Virus record (IMG/VR): IMGVR_UViG_3300044723_006431 | Span: 1-33,483 of that record | Origin: a virus | Lineage: Duplodnaviria; Caudoviricetes | Direction: 5' to 3' (one strand) | DNA: 33,483 nt | Shown: piece after piece, positions 8,363 through 17,555 of the stretch | Position numbering within the stretch: position 1 is the first letter of the stretch | How the letters are laid out: every line of letters starts with the position of its first letter | The notes under the pieces: generated by a model | Databases searched by the model: none | What the model saw: only the letters and a program-made list of their open reading frames with translations | Told to the model about the DNA's origin: nothing | Made by a program: the position numbers and the translations under genes

Positions 8363-9646
8363 ATGGCATCGCTTAACTTACAAAGAAATACAAAAGTTTT
8401 CTACTCTACCATTGATATTAATGGTGGAGCAGCAATTACTGCACTTGTGCCAGCCAATACATGGCAAGTAGAAGTGCTAGCGGGATATGCCTTTAGCCAA
8501 GCAGCCGCGACTCAGGATATTACATCTCTTGAAAGTGGTCTAAGCCCAGATCGTTCACAACAGCGGTTCAATACAGCTATTAACCCAGTTGACTGGAACT
8601 TCCAGGCTTATTTAAAACCCACACGCGCTACAAGTATTTTAGGCACTACAACCGCAAACTTATCACAAAACGGAAACGCTCAACCAGTTGCAGACTGGTT
8701 CTTATGGCAGTCTCTTATGAGTAATACTGCTCCAGCAAGCGGAACCACTGGCCAAAGTGTATGGCAAGGTACTGCTGCCACTGGTGTTGCTATGCTTGAG
8801 AATAGAGAAAGAGGCGAATCTGCTAACGTGTTCCCATCAAAGGCTAACTTTGCTACTGCTACAGAGGCTCACCTCTATATGAAAGTTGATAACGTTATTT
8901 ATCAGCTAGCAAACGCAACAGTTAACCAGGCTTCTATTGACGCTGCTATTGATGGGATTGCCACTACAACTTGGACAGGTTTTGCGACCAACCTTGTTGA
9001 GCTAACAGGCAGTCCTCGTGACATTGCAGTTTCTGTATTTGGTGGAGTTCTTAATGATGGAACTCAAGTCGCAGCTAACTCCAACGCTCTAGAGCTAACT
9101 AAGGTTGCTGCTTATCAGCCTTGGAACTCTTACAACGTTGCTGGTTCTGTTACATCAGCTGAGTTCATTCAGAACCGTTTATCAACAATCGAAATTACTG
9201 ATACATCCAGTGGTGATGTAGCAGAACACACATTCCCTGTTACAGGACTTACTTTTGATGTTAACAATAACATTACATACTTAACACCAGAAGAACTTGC
9301 TAACCTTAACCAGCCAATCGCTCAGTTTACAGGTGTGCAAACAATCTCAGGGTCAATTAGTGCTTATCTACGTAGCGGAACAACAACCAGTGATAACTCT
9401 GCAGCCTTCCTAAGAAATATCACTTCTAACAATTCAACATCTATTGCTCAAGGAACACAGGCCAACCTCAAGATTGGTGGCGCAACTGCTCCTTTCTTTG
9501 CAATCGATATGCAGGCAGTTCAGTTCAGCTTCCCAACTCATACAATTGATGACGTTGTCGGAATCTCAGCTGAGTTCCTTGCACAGGAAACAAGTGCTCA
9601 GAAGGGTCAAGGCGCAAACGTCACCTTCGTTGTTCAAGCAGCGTAA
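8363..9646 (+). CDS. Major tail tube protein (T5 pb6-like)
   Basis: 427 aa; LQRNTKVF, VLAGYAFSQ, FNTAINPVDWNFQAYLKP, NNNITYLTPEELA.LNQPI..FTG...ISGS; strong SD. Confidence 0.88.
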   Translation: MASLNLQRNTKVFYSTIDINGGAAITALVPANTWQVEVLAGYAFSQAAATQDITSLESGLSPDRSQQRFNTAINPVDWNFQAYLKPTRATSILGTTTANLSQNGNAQPVADWFLWQSLMSNTAPASGTTGQSVWQGTAATGVAMLENRERGESANVFPSKANFATATEAHLYMKVDNVIYQLANATVNQASIDAAIDGIATTTWTGFATNLVELTGSPRDIAVSVFGGVLNDGTQVAANSNALELTKVAAYQPWNSYNVAGSVTSAEFIQNRLSTIEITDTSSGDVAEHTFPVTGLTFDVNNNITYLTPEELANLNQPIAQFTGVQTISGSISAYLRSGTTTSDNSAAFLRNITSNNSTSIAQGTQANLKIGGATAPFFAIDMQAVQFSFPTHTIDDVVGISAEFLAQETSAQKGQGANVTFVVQAA

Positions 9647-9763
9647 CTTAGATTTTTAATGAGGGGAAAAATCAAGTTTCATGTGGGTGTTCATCGTGTT
9701 AACAAGTGTACAGCTTTATCCCCTCGGCTGTTCATGAGTTGAAAATCGATGGACACCCTTTTT
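9645..9763 (+). ncRNA. Structured intergenic RNA: short hairpin plus 74-nt long hairpin ending in a U-tract (terminator/regulatory element)
   Basis: P1: GATTTTT (9651-9657)/AAAAATC (9667-9673). P2 base: GGGTGTTCATCG (9685-9696)/CGATGGACACCC (9747-9758), inner stems continue up to loop TTATCCCCTC (9716-9725), followed by TTTTT (9759-9763). Confidence 0.65.
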
Positions 9764-9785
9764 ATTAGAGAGGAGAGAGGGAAAA

Positions 9786-10256
9786 ATGAGTAAAATTTCA
9801 TCCCTAATGGCAACTGAAACAGTTGTCGATGTAGAATTTCCAGATATTGAAGGCTTTGTTATTAGCCTTGTTTATCTAACTAGAGAAGATTTGTTGAAGA
9901 TTCGTAATGCGAGTTTGAGTTTCAAATTTAATAAGCGTACTCGTCAGCGCGAAGAAGAGATTGATAATGATAAGTTCTTAGCAGCTTATACAGAACGTGC
10001 AATCAGAGATTGGAGAGGCTTAAAAGTAAAGCATCTACCACATCTCCTTCCTGTAGACATTAGTTCAATGGATGGAGAAGATAATATTGATTATTCTCTT
10101 GAAGAAGCTATTGATTTAGTTCGCAATTCAACAGTTTTTGATCAGTTTATTACAGATACTATGAATGAGTTTGAACAGTTTTCTATTACGAAGAAGGAGA
10201 CTGACTTAAAAAACTTGAAAGGTTCCTCAAGCACCAATTCCAAGCCGGAGGAATGA
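9786..10256 (+). CDS. Tail assembly chaperone (gpG equivalent)
   Basis: 156 aa between tail tube and tape measure genes; FNKRTRQREEEIDNDKFL..Y...AIRDWRGLK; slippery site near its 3' end. Confidence 0.85.
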   Translation: MSKISSLMATETVVDVEFPDIEGFVISLVYLTREDLLKIRNASLSFKFNKRTRQREEEIDNDKFLAAYTERAIRDWRGLKVKHLPHLLPVDISSMDGEDNIDYSLEEAIDLVRNSTVFDQFITDTMNEFEQFSITKKETDLKNLKGSSSTNSKPEE

Positions 10257-10258
10257 CC
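10194..10258 (+). promoter_or_regulatory. Programmed -1 ribosomal frameshift signal (A_AAA_AAC) producing a G-T fusion chaperone
   Basis: Heptamer AAAAAAC at 10208-10214 in X_XXY_YYZ phase. The -1 frame is open (KLERFLKHQFQAGG) and joins the 10253 ORF. Upstream AAGGAG at 10194-10199 and downstream stem TTCCTC/GAGGAA. Confidence 0.85.
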
Positions 10259-10567
10259 CAAGAGCAGTATTTGCTAATGTGTGAGCAAATGGGGTGGGAA
10301 CCTAACCCAGATGAAATACCAATGGAGTTAGGTGACCTTTCTTATGAAGCTCAGATAGCCGTAATGTTGTTCCAAGTTTTACCTGATAGAATAGAAGGTA
10401 TGAACGGAGTTTGGTTAGGAAAAGATTTTTCTGGTCTTGGGGATATAATGATATTATATGGAATCGAAGGTAATCGAGAAGCTTTTGATTTGTTACAATT
10501 TATTATTGTAGAGGCTGGTAAACATTATGAAAACCAGCGTAAACTTCAACAAACAAGGAAACATTAA
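10253..10567 (+). CDS. Tail assembly chaperone gpT-equivalent part (probably expressed by frameshift)
   Basis: MTQEQYLLMCEQMGWEP.PDEIP, LPDRIEGMNGVWLGKDFSGL resemble T5-like chaperones; lies in the -1 frame relative to the upstream ORF. Confidence 0.8.
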   Translation: MTQEQYLLMCEQMGWEPNPDEIPMELGDLSYEAQIAVMLFQVLPDRIEGMNGVWLGKDFSGLGDIMILYGIEGNREAFDLLQFIIVEAGKHYENQRKLQQTRKH

Positions 10568-13500
10568 TGGCAAAAATCCAGAACATAGTTGAGACTCGTT
10601 TTACTACTACAGGGGCTCAAAAAACAGCTAAAGATACGGATAATGTTGGGCGTGCTCAAACTCGTTTGGGACAAGCCTCCGCATCTTCTGGTAGACAGTT
10701 CGCTGCTCAAGCATCAGGCTTGGGCGGTCTTGTTTCCGCTTATGCAGGTGCCGCTGCTACTATCTTTGCCGTAACTGCTGCATTTCAAGCCCTCAGTAGG
10801 GCAGCTCAAGCAGAGCAAACTATTCAAGGTACTAGGACTCTTGCCCTAGAAGTTGGTGCTTCTGGAAACCAAATTTTAAAATCTATTCAAGATATTACTA
10901 AAGGTCAATTATCTCTCGCAGAGGCTTCTCAAAATCTTAACATTGGATTATCCGCAGGATTTAACACAGAACAAATAGAAAGGCTAAGTTTAGTATCTCT
11001 TAAAGCGTCAAGGGCTTTAGGTAGAAACTTAACAGATGCTTTGCAACGACTATTACGTGGTACTGCTAAACTAGAACCAGAACTTTTAGACGAACTTGGT
11101 ATTTTTACTAGAATTGAACCTGCGGTGCAAAAATATGCAGCAGAGATAGGTAAAGCAGCTACCTCTTTGACAAATTTTGAAAGAAGACAAGCTTTTGTTA
11201 ACGCCGCGATTGAAGAAGGTGAACGAAAGTTTGGTATTATTAGCGTTTCAGGCACCACCTCTCAAGAATCTTTTGAAAAACTTTCCGCATCTATCCAAGA
11301 CTTAGCACAACAAGTTGGCGAGCTAGCCGCAGATTTCTTAGCTCCTTTAGCAGACTTTTTCTCTAGCAGTTTAGGAAACGCTTTGTTGGCTTTTGGTGTT
11401 CTAGGAAGGTTAGTATTCGCAAAAACTGGAGAAGTTATTGGCGGCTTTGTAAAAACAAATGTGGGTAGATTGGAACGTTTTGCAGATGCAGGAAAAGTAG
11501 CGGCAGGGAGTATAGCTAAAGTTGCTCAAGCTAATGAAAGAGCAATGGAAAAGGCGGCAGGATTTAGTGGTAGATTTGCAACAGGATCAGCTGGATTAAA
11601 CGCCGCTGCAGCGCAGGCTATGGATAGAGCAGCAGCTGGGAATGTAGGCAGAACTCAACAATTACAAGACATAAAAACTCTTAACCAAGCTAGAGCAGCA
11701 GAAAGACAGTATAGAGAAGAAGTTCGAAACGGAACTCGAGCAGTTAAAGATAAAGAAGCTGCTATTGCTAGGTCTATGGAAAGAACAAAAGCTGCTGGGG
11801 CGGTCACAAGGCTTTATGGAGTATCTACAAGGGGCGCAGGTGCAGCAAACTTGTTTTTAGCAAAGACGGCAGTCATTGCTAGAGGAGCTATAACAGGATT
11901 AGGAGTTGTGTTGGGAGGGCTTATGGCTTTCTTAAATGGCCTGTTCTTAGTTATTGCTGCTGCTCAGTTAGTTGGAACTCTTTTTGATAGAGATATTTTA
12001 GGAGACATAGTTAAGTTCTTTAAAGAATTAGGAAAAGAATCTAGAGATTTGGAAAGAGGATTGGCAGGCGTTGTAGATGCGGCTCAGATGGGAGATTTAC
12101 AAATGCTTGAAACTTTAAAGAAAAATTTCAATGCAAAAGAATTGGAGGAAATTGGAAAAGACGCTAGAAAGGCTATTCAAAGAGGAATGTCTTTTGCTGA
12201 AAGTGAAAGACTCCAGGATATGATGGGTCCAAGAATGGTGCAACAATTCGAGGGTAGTGGTCGATCAGTTTCAGCTACTAGCGCGGATGCAAAAAGAAAA
12301 GCAACCGAATTTTTGGAGCAGACTGAAGCAGGACGAAAACTAAGAGAAGAAGTAGAAAAAATGAACGGCGTGTTGACGATACAAACAAGAGAAGGAAGCA
12401 GAACCGCCAAGATTATGGTAGAATACGGTCAAGGATTAGATCGTGTAAAAGCGGAAACTCGTGGCTTGAGAATAGTGCAACAAGGATTAGCCAGTGCAGA
12501 AAAAGAGTTACAAGAAGCCAGAGCAGAAAATAATGCATCGTTAGTTAAAGAAAAACTTGCAGAAGTTCAATCTTATAAACTAGCGGAAAAAGCTTATACA
12601 GATGGGACAGTGGTCTTTGGACAACTTATAGCCGAATTTAATGATCTTACTGGAGTTCAATTACCTCATTTAGCAAAAGCATTTAAAGATGTGAATTCAG
12701 GGTTTAAAGTTACTGCTGATGGTGCTTTATACTTTGCAAATCAGATAGATAAGTCAGGCGTTATATCAGGTGAAGCAATTGCAACTATGGTAGATGGTAG
12801 ACTTAAACTGACTGCTATGGGACGAACTTTTGTAGGAGCAGTCGGACAAATAGTACAATTTAATGACTTGGCTAGGAGAACTCAAGAATCTTTTAATGTA
12901 GGAGCAATTGGTGGAGAAAAAATGAGCCAAAGCGTTGGTGGATTAGATAATATTATTAAGCAGTTAAACGAGCAAATGGACAAATTGAGCGGCACAGGAG
13001 AAGATGTTACGGCTCTTAATAAGCGTATTAAGGAATTATCCGCCCAGCGAGACGAAATTAAAAAACTTAGTGAAGAGCTGAATAGGCTAGAAGCTATTGG
13101 TAGAGTCCTTAATAAAACTTTTAGTGCAGAGCTTAAAGCGTTTAATGAGGCTGCATCAAGGGGACAAGTATCTCTCGTACGTGCTGGATTTGATGGATTG
13201 GAGAGTCAATTAAAATTTGCTGATACTCAAACAGAAATAAATAAAAATAAAAGAGAATACTTAAGTAATCAACTCGAAGAGCTTGCAAAGGCTACAAAGT
13301 TGCAAGAGAAGCTGGAAAAGCATGGCGGTTTAGAAGGTCTTCGATTAGAGCAAAAAAAGGGAATAGTAGACCTCACCGCTAACGAAGAAACTCTTTTGCA
13401 AAATGCTGATACAGCCACTAGGGCTATTATCGGAGGAACTGCCAAATTAAATATGGAATTATTTAAAGTCAACAAGCAAATTGAAAAGATGGAAGTAGGC

Positions 13501-15930
13501 TTAAAACAGGCAGCAGAAAATCTAACTCTAAAAGGCAAATTAGGGCAAGCACAGCAACAATTACAAAAAATTACCGCAGATGCAGCTAGAAACACAGCTC
13601 TAAATAGCCAACTAAAAGATATCGCAGATGAAATTATAAAATCAAAGCAACTTGAGATAGATGCTAATAAACAAAATTTAGAATTAGAACAACAAAGAGC
13701 AGATATTGCGGAAAAGAAGAGGCAAGCAGACCTTGCTAGTGCTACAGCACAAAATAATTTACTTATTGCGCAAGCACAAGGTAGAGGAGCTGCTGCGATA
13801 GGAACAGCTCAAAATCAATTAGCTGATATGCAACGTTTTGAAAATTTGAATACTGCTCAAGAGATTAGAGACAAACAAAGAGAGATTATTGCGTTAGAAA
13901 GAAGTAGCGCTTTAGAAATTTTAAAACTTAGACAAGATCAAGCAAATCTAGAACTTCAAGCACAAAGAGAGGCTGCTCAAGCAGCTAATAGTGCAGCAAT
14001 AGAAAAACAAGCAAGCTTGTTAAATGAGCAAATTCTATTATCTCAAGAAAAAAATATGCGAGAACAAATGTTGTTGGCAGAACAACAAATAGCTAGAGAT
14101 AATATTCAAGTAGAAATTGAGAAAAATAAAGCTCAAGAAAAGGTTACCACTATTCAATCTGGTATTGAGGCACAGGCTGCTATGAATAGAGCAGAAAGTT
14201 TAAAACTTCAAGCAACACAACTAAAAACTCAAGCAGATTTAATAAAAGACCAAGCTGATATGTTTAAACAAGCTATTGATGGGCTTGCGGAAGTATTTAA
14301 TGTGTTTGCCGCTGCAGTTGAAGCAGAGACAGGAAAGAAGGTTGACAAAGCTACTGTAACGAACACTTTTGAGGATATTATACAACGAGCCGGCGCCACA
14401 TCCACTCGAGCAGGGGGTCTGGCTACTTCTATTGACGCCAACCGAGACTTAGAGTTAAAAAATATAAATGCTAAATTTAATGCAGACGAAAAAATTAGAA
14501 AAGCAGATTTGGCGGGACTTCAAACAAGAAAAGCTAATTTACTAATTTTACAAGACTTACAGAGAAAGAATTTTGCAGAAGAAAGAAAACAAGCTGAAGC
14601 AAAACTTCAATCAGCTATTGACACAGCTTTTGCGGATGGAAAAATTACCGCCGCTGAGATAAAAAACATAGAAACTTTACAAAAAGTTTCTGATCAAAAA
14701 TTCCAAAACGAAAGAGACGCAATTAATCGAACAGCAAACACCAGATTAGACGCGTTAGCTAGAGAAGAAGACTCTATTCGTAAAGTCTTAGATGCCATTA
14801 GTGAAAAAATACAAAACCGTCTAGGAGGTGCTGTCGAAGACTTCTTCGGAGCTATCCGAGAAGGCACTCTTACTATGGAAAACTTCAAGCAAGGCGTTAA
14901 AGATTTGTTTGTTGGAATTTTAGAAGATGTAACTACTAGTATTACGGATGAGTTTGTCACTGGTCCTATCAAAGAACTTGTTAAAGAAGGAGTTGGTAAT
15001 TTAGCAAGCATGTTTGGTGGTGGAGCTAGCCCACAAAGCCAAGTGGTAAGCCTTCTTCAACAACAGTTAGGCACTCAACAAACTGCTGCACAAACAGCTC
15101 AATCAAGTTTTAATGCTTTAGAAAAAACTTTTGCGGATCAAGTGAAAGTTTTTGAAGGTCTAGGACTAGAAGTTCAACGAGTTCAAGTTGTAGGAGGCGT
15201 TGGAGGAATCGGTTCTCCTGTGCTTGTAACTGAGGTTGCTGGAGGTGAATCTAGTGTTTTAGGACAAGCAACTGAAGGCCTAAGAGAAGGACAATTTACT
15301 AAAAATCTTGTAAAAGAAAAGAAGGCAGAAGCAGCGCAAGCTAGCAAAGGTGCCAAAGTCGTACAACAGACTAGTAAGGCGCAGGGCACCCTCGCACAAT
15401 CTACAGCCGATGTTACAGACAAAACTGACGGGTTAGGATTCAGTTTTGAAAGCCTTGCTGATTTTGCTGGAATGGCTGGAGCAGGTTTAGGGGCTTTAGC
15501 TGGTGGACTAATTGGTGGTCCTGCAGGAAGTGCCATTGGCGGTATTGTTGGAGCGCTAGCGGGTTCTCTTATTAAATCAATTGATTTTAGTTCTTTATTC
15601 TCATTCGCTTCAGGAGGCGGTGTAAGACAGATGGCAAGCGGTGGGATGTTGAGAGACAGAGTTCCTGCTCTATTAGAGCCTGGCGAATTTGTCATTCGCA
15701 AACCAATGGCTAAGGCAATCGGAGGTCCTGCTTTAAATGCAATGAATGCACACGGTCAGATGCCTAATACAAACAACGTTGTGGTTAACATGAATAACCA
15801 AGGAACTCCGCAAGAAACTGCTGAGCAGCCCAACATTTCTGTTACACCAGAAGGGCTTATCGTTGATATTATTACAAGAGACTTACGAAACAATGGACCA
15901 ATTCGTAGAGGAATTAGGGGGACTATCTAA
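10567..15930 (+). CDS. Tail tape measure protein
   Basis: 1787 aa, Ala/Gln/Lys-rich helical. T5 pb2-like N-terminus (GTAKLEPELLDELGI..ERRQAFVNA), hydrophobic segments, long coiled coil, and C-terminal FASGG..RDRVPALLEPGEFVIRK motif. Confidence 0.95.
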   Translation: MAKIQNIVETRFTTTGAQKTAKDTDNVGRAQTRLGQASASSGRQFAAQASGLGGLVSAYAGAAATIFAVTAAFQALSRAAQAEQTIQGTRTLALEVGASGNQILKSIQDITKGQLSLAEASQNLNIGLSAGFNTEQIERLSLVSLKASRALGRNLTDALQRLLRGTAKLEPELLDELGIFTRIEPAVQKYAAEIGKAATSLTNFERRQAFVNAAIEEGERKFGIISVSGTTSQESFEKLSASIQDLAQQVGELAADFLAPLADFFSSSLGNALLAFGVLGRLVFAKTGEVIGGFVKTNVGRLERFADAGKVAAGSIAKVAQANERAMEKAAGFSGRFATGSAGLNAAAAQAMDRAAAGNVGRTQQLQDIKTLNQARAAERQYREEVRNGTRAVKDKEAAIARSMERTKAAGAVTRLYGVSTRGAGAANLFLAKTAVIARGAITGLGVVLGGLMAFLNGLFLVIAAAQLVGTLFDRDILGDIVKFFKELGKESRDLERGLAGVVDAAQMGDLQMLETLKKNFNAKELEEIGKDARKAIQRGMSFAESERLQDMMGPRMVQQFEGSGRSVSATSADAKRKATEFLEQTEAGRKLREEVEKMNGVLTIQTREGSRTAKIMVEYGQGLDRVKAETRGLRIVQQGLASAEKELQEARAENNASLVKEKLAEVQSYKLAEKAYTDGTVVFGQLIAEFNDLTGVQLPHLAKAFKDVNSGFKVTADGALYFANQIDKSGVISGEAIATMVDGRLKLTAMGRTFVGAVGQIVQFNDLARRTQESFNVGAIGGEKMSQSVGGLDNIIKQLNEQMDKLSGTGEDVTALNKRIKELSAQRDEIKKLSEELNRLEAIGRVLNKTFSAELKAFNEAASRGQVSLVRAGFDGLESQLKFADTQTEINKNKREYLSNQLEELAKATKLQEKLEKHGGLEGLRLEQKKGIVDLTANEETLLQNADTATRAIIGGTAKLNMELFKVNKQIEKMEVGLKQAAENLTLKGKLGQAQQQLQKITADAARNTALNSQLKDIADEIIKSKQLEIDANKQNLELEQQRADIAEKKRQADLASATAQNNLLIAQAQGRGAAAIGTAQNQLADMQRFENLNTAQEIRDKQREIIALERSSALEILKLRQDQANLELQAQREAAQAANSAAIEKQASLLNEQILLSQEKNMREQMLLAEQQIARDNIQVEIEKNKAQEKVTTIQSGIEAQAAMNRAESLKLQATQLKTQADLIKDQADMFKQAIDGLAEVFNVFAAAVEAETGKKVDKATVTNTFEDIIQRAGATSTRAGGLATSIDANRDLELKNINAKFNADEKIRKADLAGLQTRKANLLILQDLQRKNFAEERKQAEAKLQSAIDTAFADGKITAAEIKNIETLQKVSDQKFQNERDAINRTANTRLDALAREEDSIRKVLDAISEKIQNRLGGAVEDFFGAIREGTLTMENFKQGVKDLFVGILEDVTTSITDEFVTGPIKELVKEGVGNLASMFGGGASPQSQVVSLLQQQLGTQQTAAQTAQSSFNALEKTFADQVKVFEGLGLEVQRVQVVGGVGGIGSPVLVTEVAGGESSVLGQATEGLREGQFTKNLVKEKKAEAAQASKGAKVVQQTSKAQGTLAQSTADVTDKTDGLGFSFESLADFAGMAGAGLGALAGGLIGGPAGSAIGGIVGALAGSLIKSIDFSSLFSFASGGGVRQMASGGMLRDRVPALLEPGEFVIRKPMAKAIGGPALNAMNAHGQMPNTNNVVVNMNNQGTPQETAEQPNISVTPEGLIVDIITRDLRNNGPIRRGIRGTI

Positions 15931-17555
15931 TGGCAACGTATCCATCAGATGCGACTATAACTACTGCATCTTTTTCTACCATCACTACTGATATCTATTC
16001 AGTTACAGGCAGTACTACTAACTTTAATATTTCTACTGTGGCTACCCATCCAGGAGAAGTAATTGCTACTGCGGATGGTATTATCCAAGATACAACAACC
16101 TATTCAATTACTAATTCAGGTGCGACTGTGTCGTTTGCAGCAGCCCCTGACGTAAGTACTTTAGAACTACGTGTTATCAATCTTCCCTCCAGATTCAGAA
16201 CCGTAAGAAACTATCCTGCCACTAGACTCGTATCCTACAGTAACACAGATGCAACAGCCGTATCGGGCAATAGTTATGTAATTAATGGAGAGACTCAAAA
16301 CTTCCCTCTTCCTGATATGATTGCTACTTCTGAAGGTAAAGAAAGCTTATTAGTTACCGTATCAGGTGTTACTCAGAACTCCGCAGATTTTGATTATCCT
16401 GCTATTAATACTGCTCCAGAAACTACTACAGGATCAATTTCTAGAAATTTAGGTACATCAGGTATTACAATTGGACAAGCTAATGATACAGTACTTCTTT
16501 TAAACTTTGAAACTAATTTCACAGATGAAAGTCCTAAAGCTAGAGGTGCTGGAACTGTAGTTGGAGATGTTAATTTAAACTCTACAAAAAAGTATGGAAA
16601 TTCTTCTGCTCAGTTTGATGGTACAGGTGACTATCTTGCTTTTGCAGATTCTGCAGATTTTAGATATACAAGTGACTTCACTGTAGAAGCTTTTGTTAAT
16701 TTTGATGCCACAGGGTCCGCTAATACTGTTTTTAGTCACATTACTGATGCAAGTAATTTTGTTAAACTTAGTAGGTTAGCTAACGATACAATTCAGTTTA
16801 GAATTGCTGAAAGCGGAACAGATGCTATTGATTTACAAGGGGGCTCTATTTCTGCTTCAACTTGGTATCACGTTGCCGTATCCTATGAAAGTGAAGTTGA
16901 GATAATTAAGTTATTTGTAGATGGAACAAAAGTAGCCGAAGACAACACTGCTCCTATTACTATTGCTCCCACAGGCAATGTAGAAATTGGTAGAATTGGT
17001 TTTGGAACTCTTGAGTCTTTAGATGGTTACGTAGATTCTTTTAGATTTGTAAATAATACTCCCATTTATAAAGCTAATTTTGCTACACCTCGTACAAGTT
17101 TAACTAAAATTCATTCACCTTTAACTTCTGCGGATACTTTAGTTATTCGACATTTTGATGTTTCTCCTGGAAATACTTTTGACAGGTTTAATTCTATGGC
17201 AGATAGAAAACCTGATAAAGGATACACCACTGAAACAGAATTTGATATGATTGCTTTTGAATCACAAGCGGGCTATGAAAAACGCCGTCTAAGAAGTCGT
17301 AGATCAAAGCGCAACTTCAGTATAAACTATACAAACATTAGTGGAGTAGAAAAGTCAGCAATTGAAACATTTTATCGCGCTAGAAGCGGTAACTTTGAGT
17401 CGTTTACTTTTGATTTGACCCACATAAATGAAAATGGTACAATACAAACAAGATTTGATGGACCCTTAAGAATTTCTCATGTCTTATCGACTGGAACAAG
17501 TTTAGAAAACAACTTTTATACAGTCTCTTTCAATTTAAAAGAGGTATATGATTAA
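15930..17555 (+). CDS. Distal tail protein (lambda gpM-like C-terminal core) with N-terminal beta modules and LamG domain
   Basis: Follows the tape measure gene. The last ~120 aa (KPDKGY..FESQAGYEKR..FYRARSGNFESFTF..TVSFNLKEVYD) resemble gpM/Dit. LamG motifs DFTVEAFV, WYHVAVSY, LFVDG, LDGYVDSFRF. Confidence 0.8.
   Translation: MATYPSDATITTASFSTITTDIYSVTGSTTNFNISTVATHPGEVIATADGIIQDTTTYSITNSGATVSFAAAPDVSTLELRVINLPSRFRTVRNYPATRLVSYSNTDATAVSGNSYVINGETQNFPLPDMIATSEGKESLLVTVSGVTQNSADFDYPAINTAPETTTGSISRNLGTSGITIGQANDTVLLLNFETNFTDESPKARGAGTVVGDVNLNSTKKYGNSSAQFDGTGDYLAFADSADFRYTSDFTVEAFVNFDATGSANTVFSHITDASNFVKLSRLANDTIQFRIAESGTDAIDLQGGSISASTWYHVAVSYESEVEIIKLFVDGTKVAEDNTAPITIAPTGNVEIGRIGFGTLESLDGYVDSFRFVNNTPIYKANFATPRTSLTKIHSPLTSADTLVIRHFDVSPGNTFDRFNSMADRKPDKGYTTETEFDMIAFESQAGYEKRRLRSRRSKRNFSINYTNISGVEKSAIETFYRARSGNFESFTFDLTHINENGTIQTRFDGPLRISHVLSTGTSLENNFYTVSFNLKEVYD
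17415..17443 (+). promoter_or_regulatory. Candidate internal sigma70 promoter upstream of the tail-tip genes
   Basis: TTGACC (17415-17420), 17 nt, TACAAT (17438-17443) with extended -10 TG; ~110 nt upstream of the 17555 start, inside coding sequence. Confidence 0.5.
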
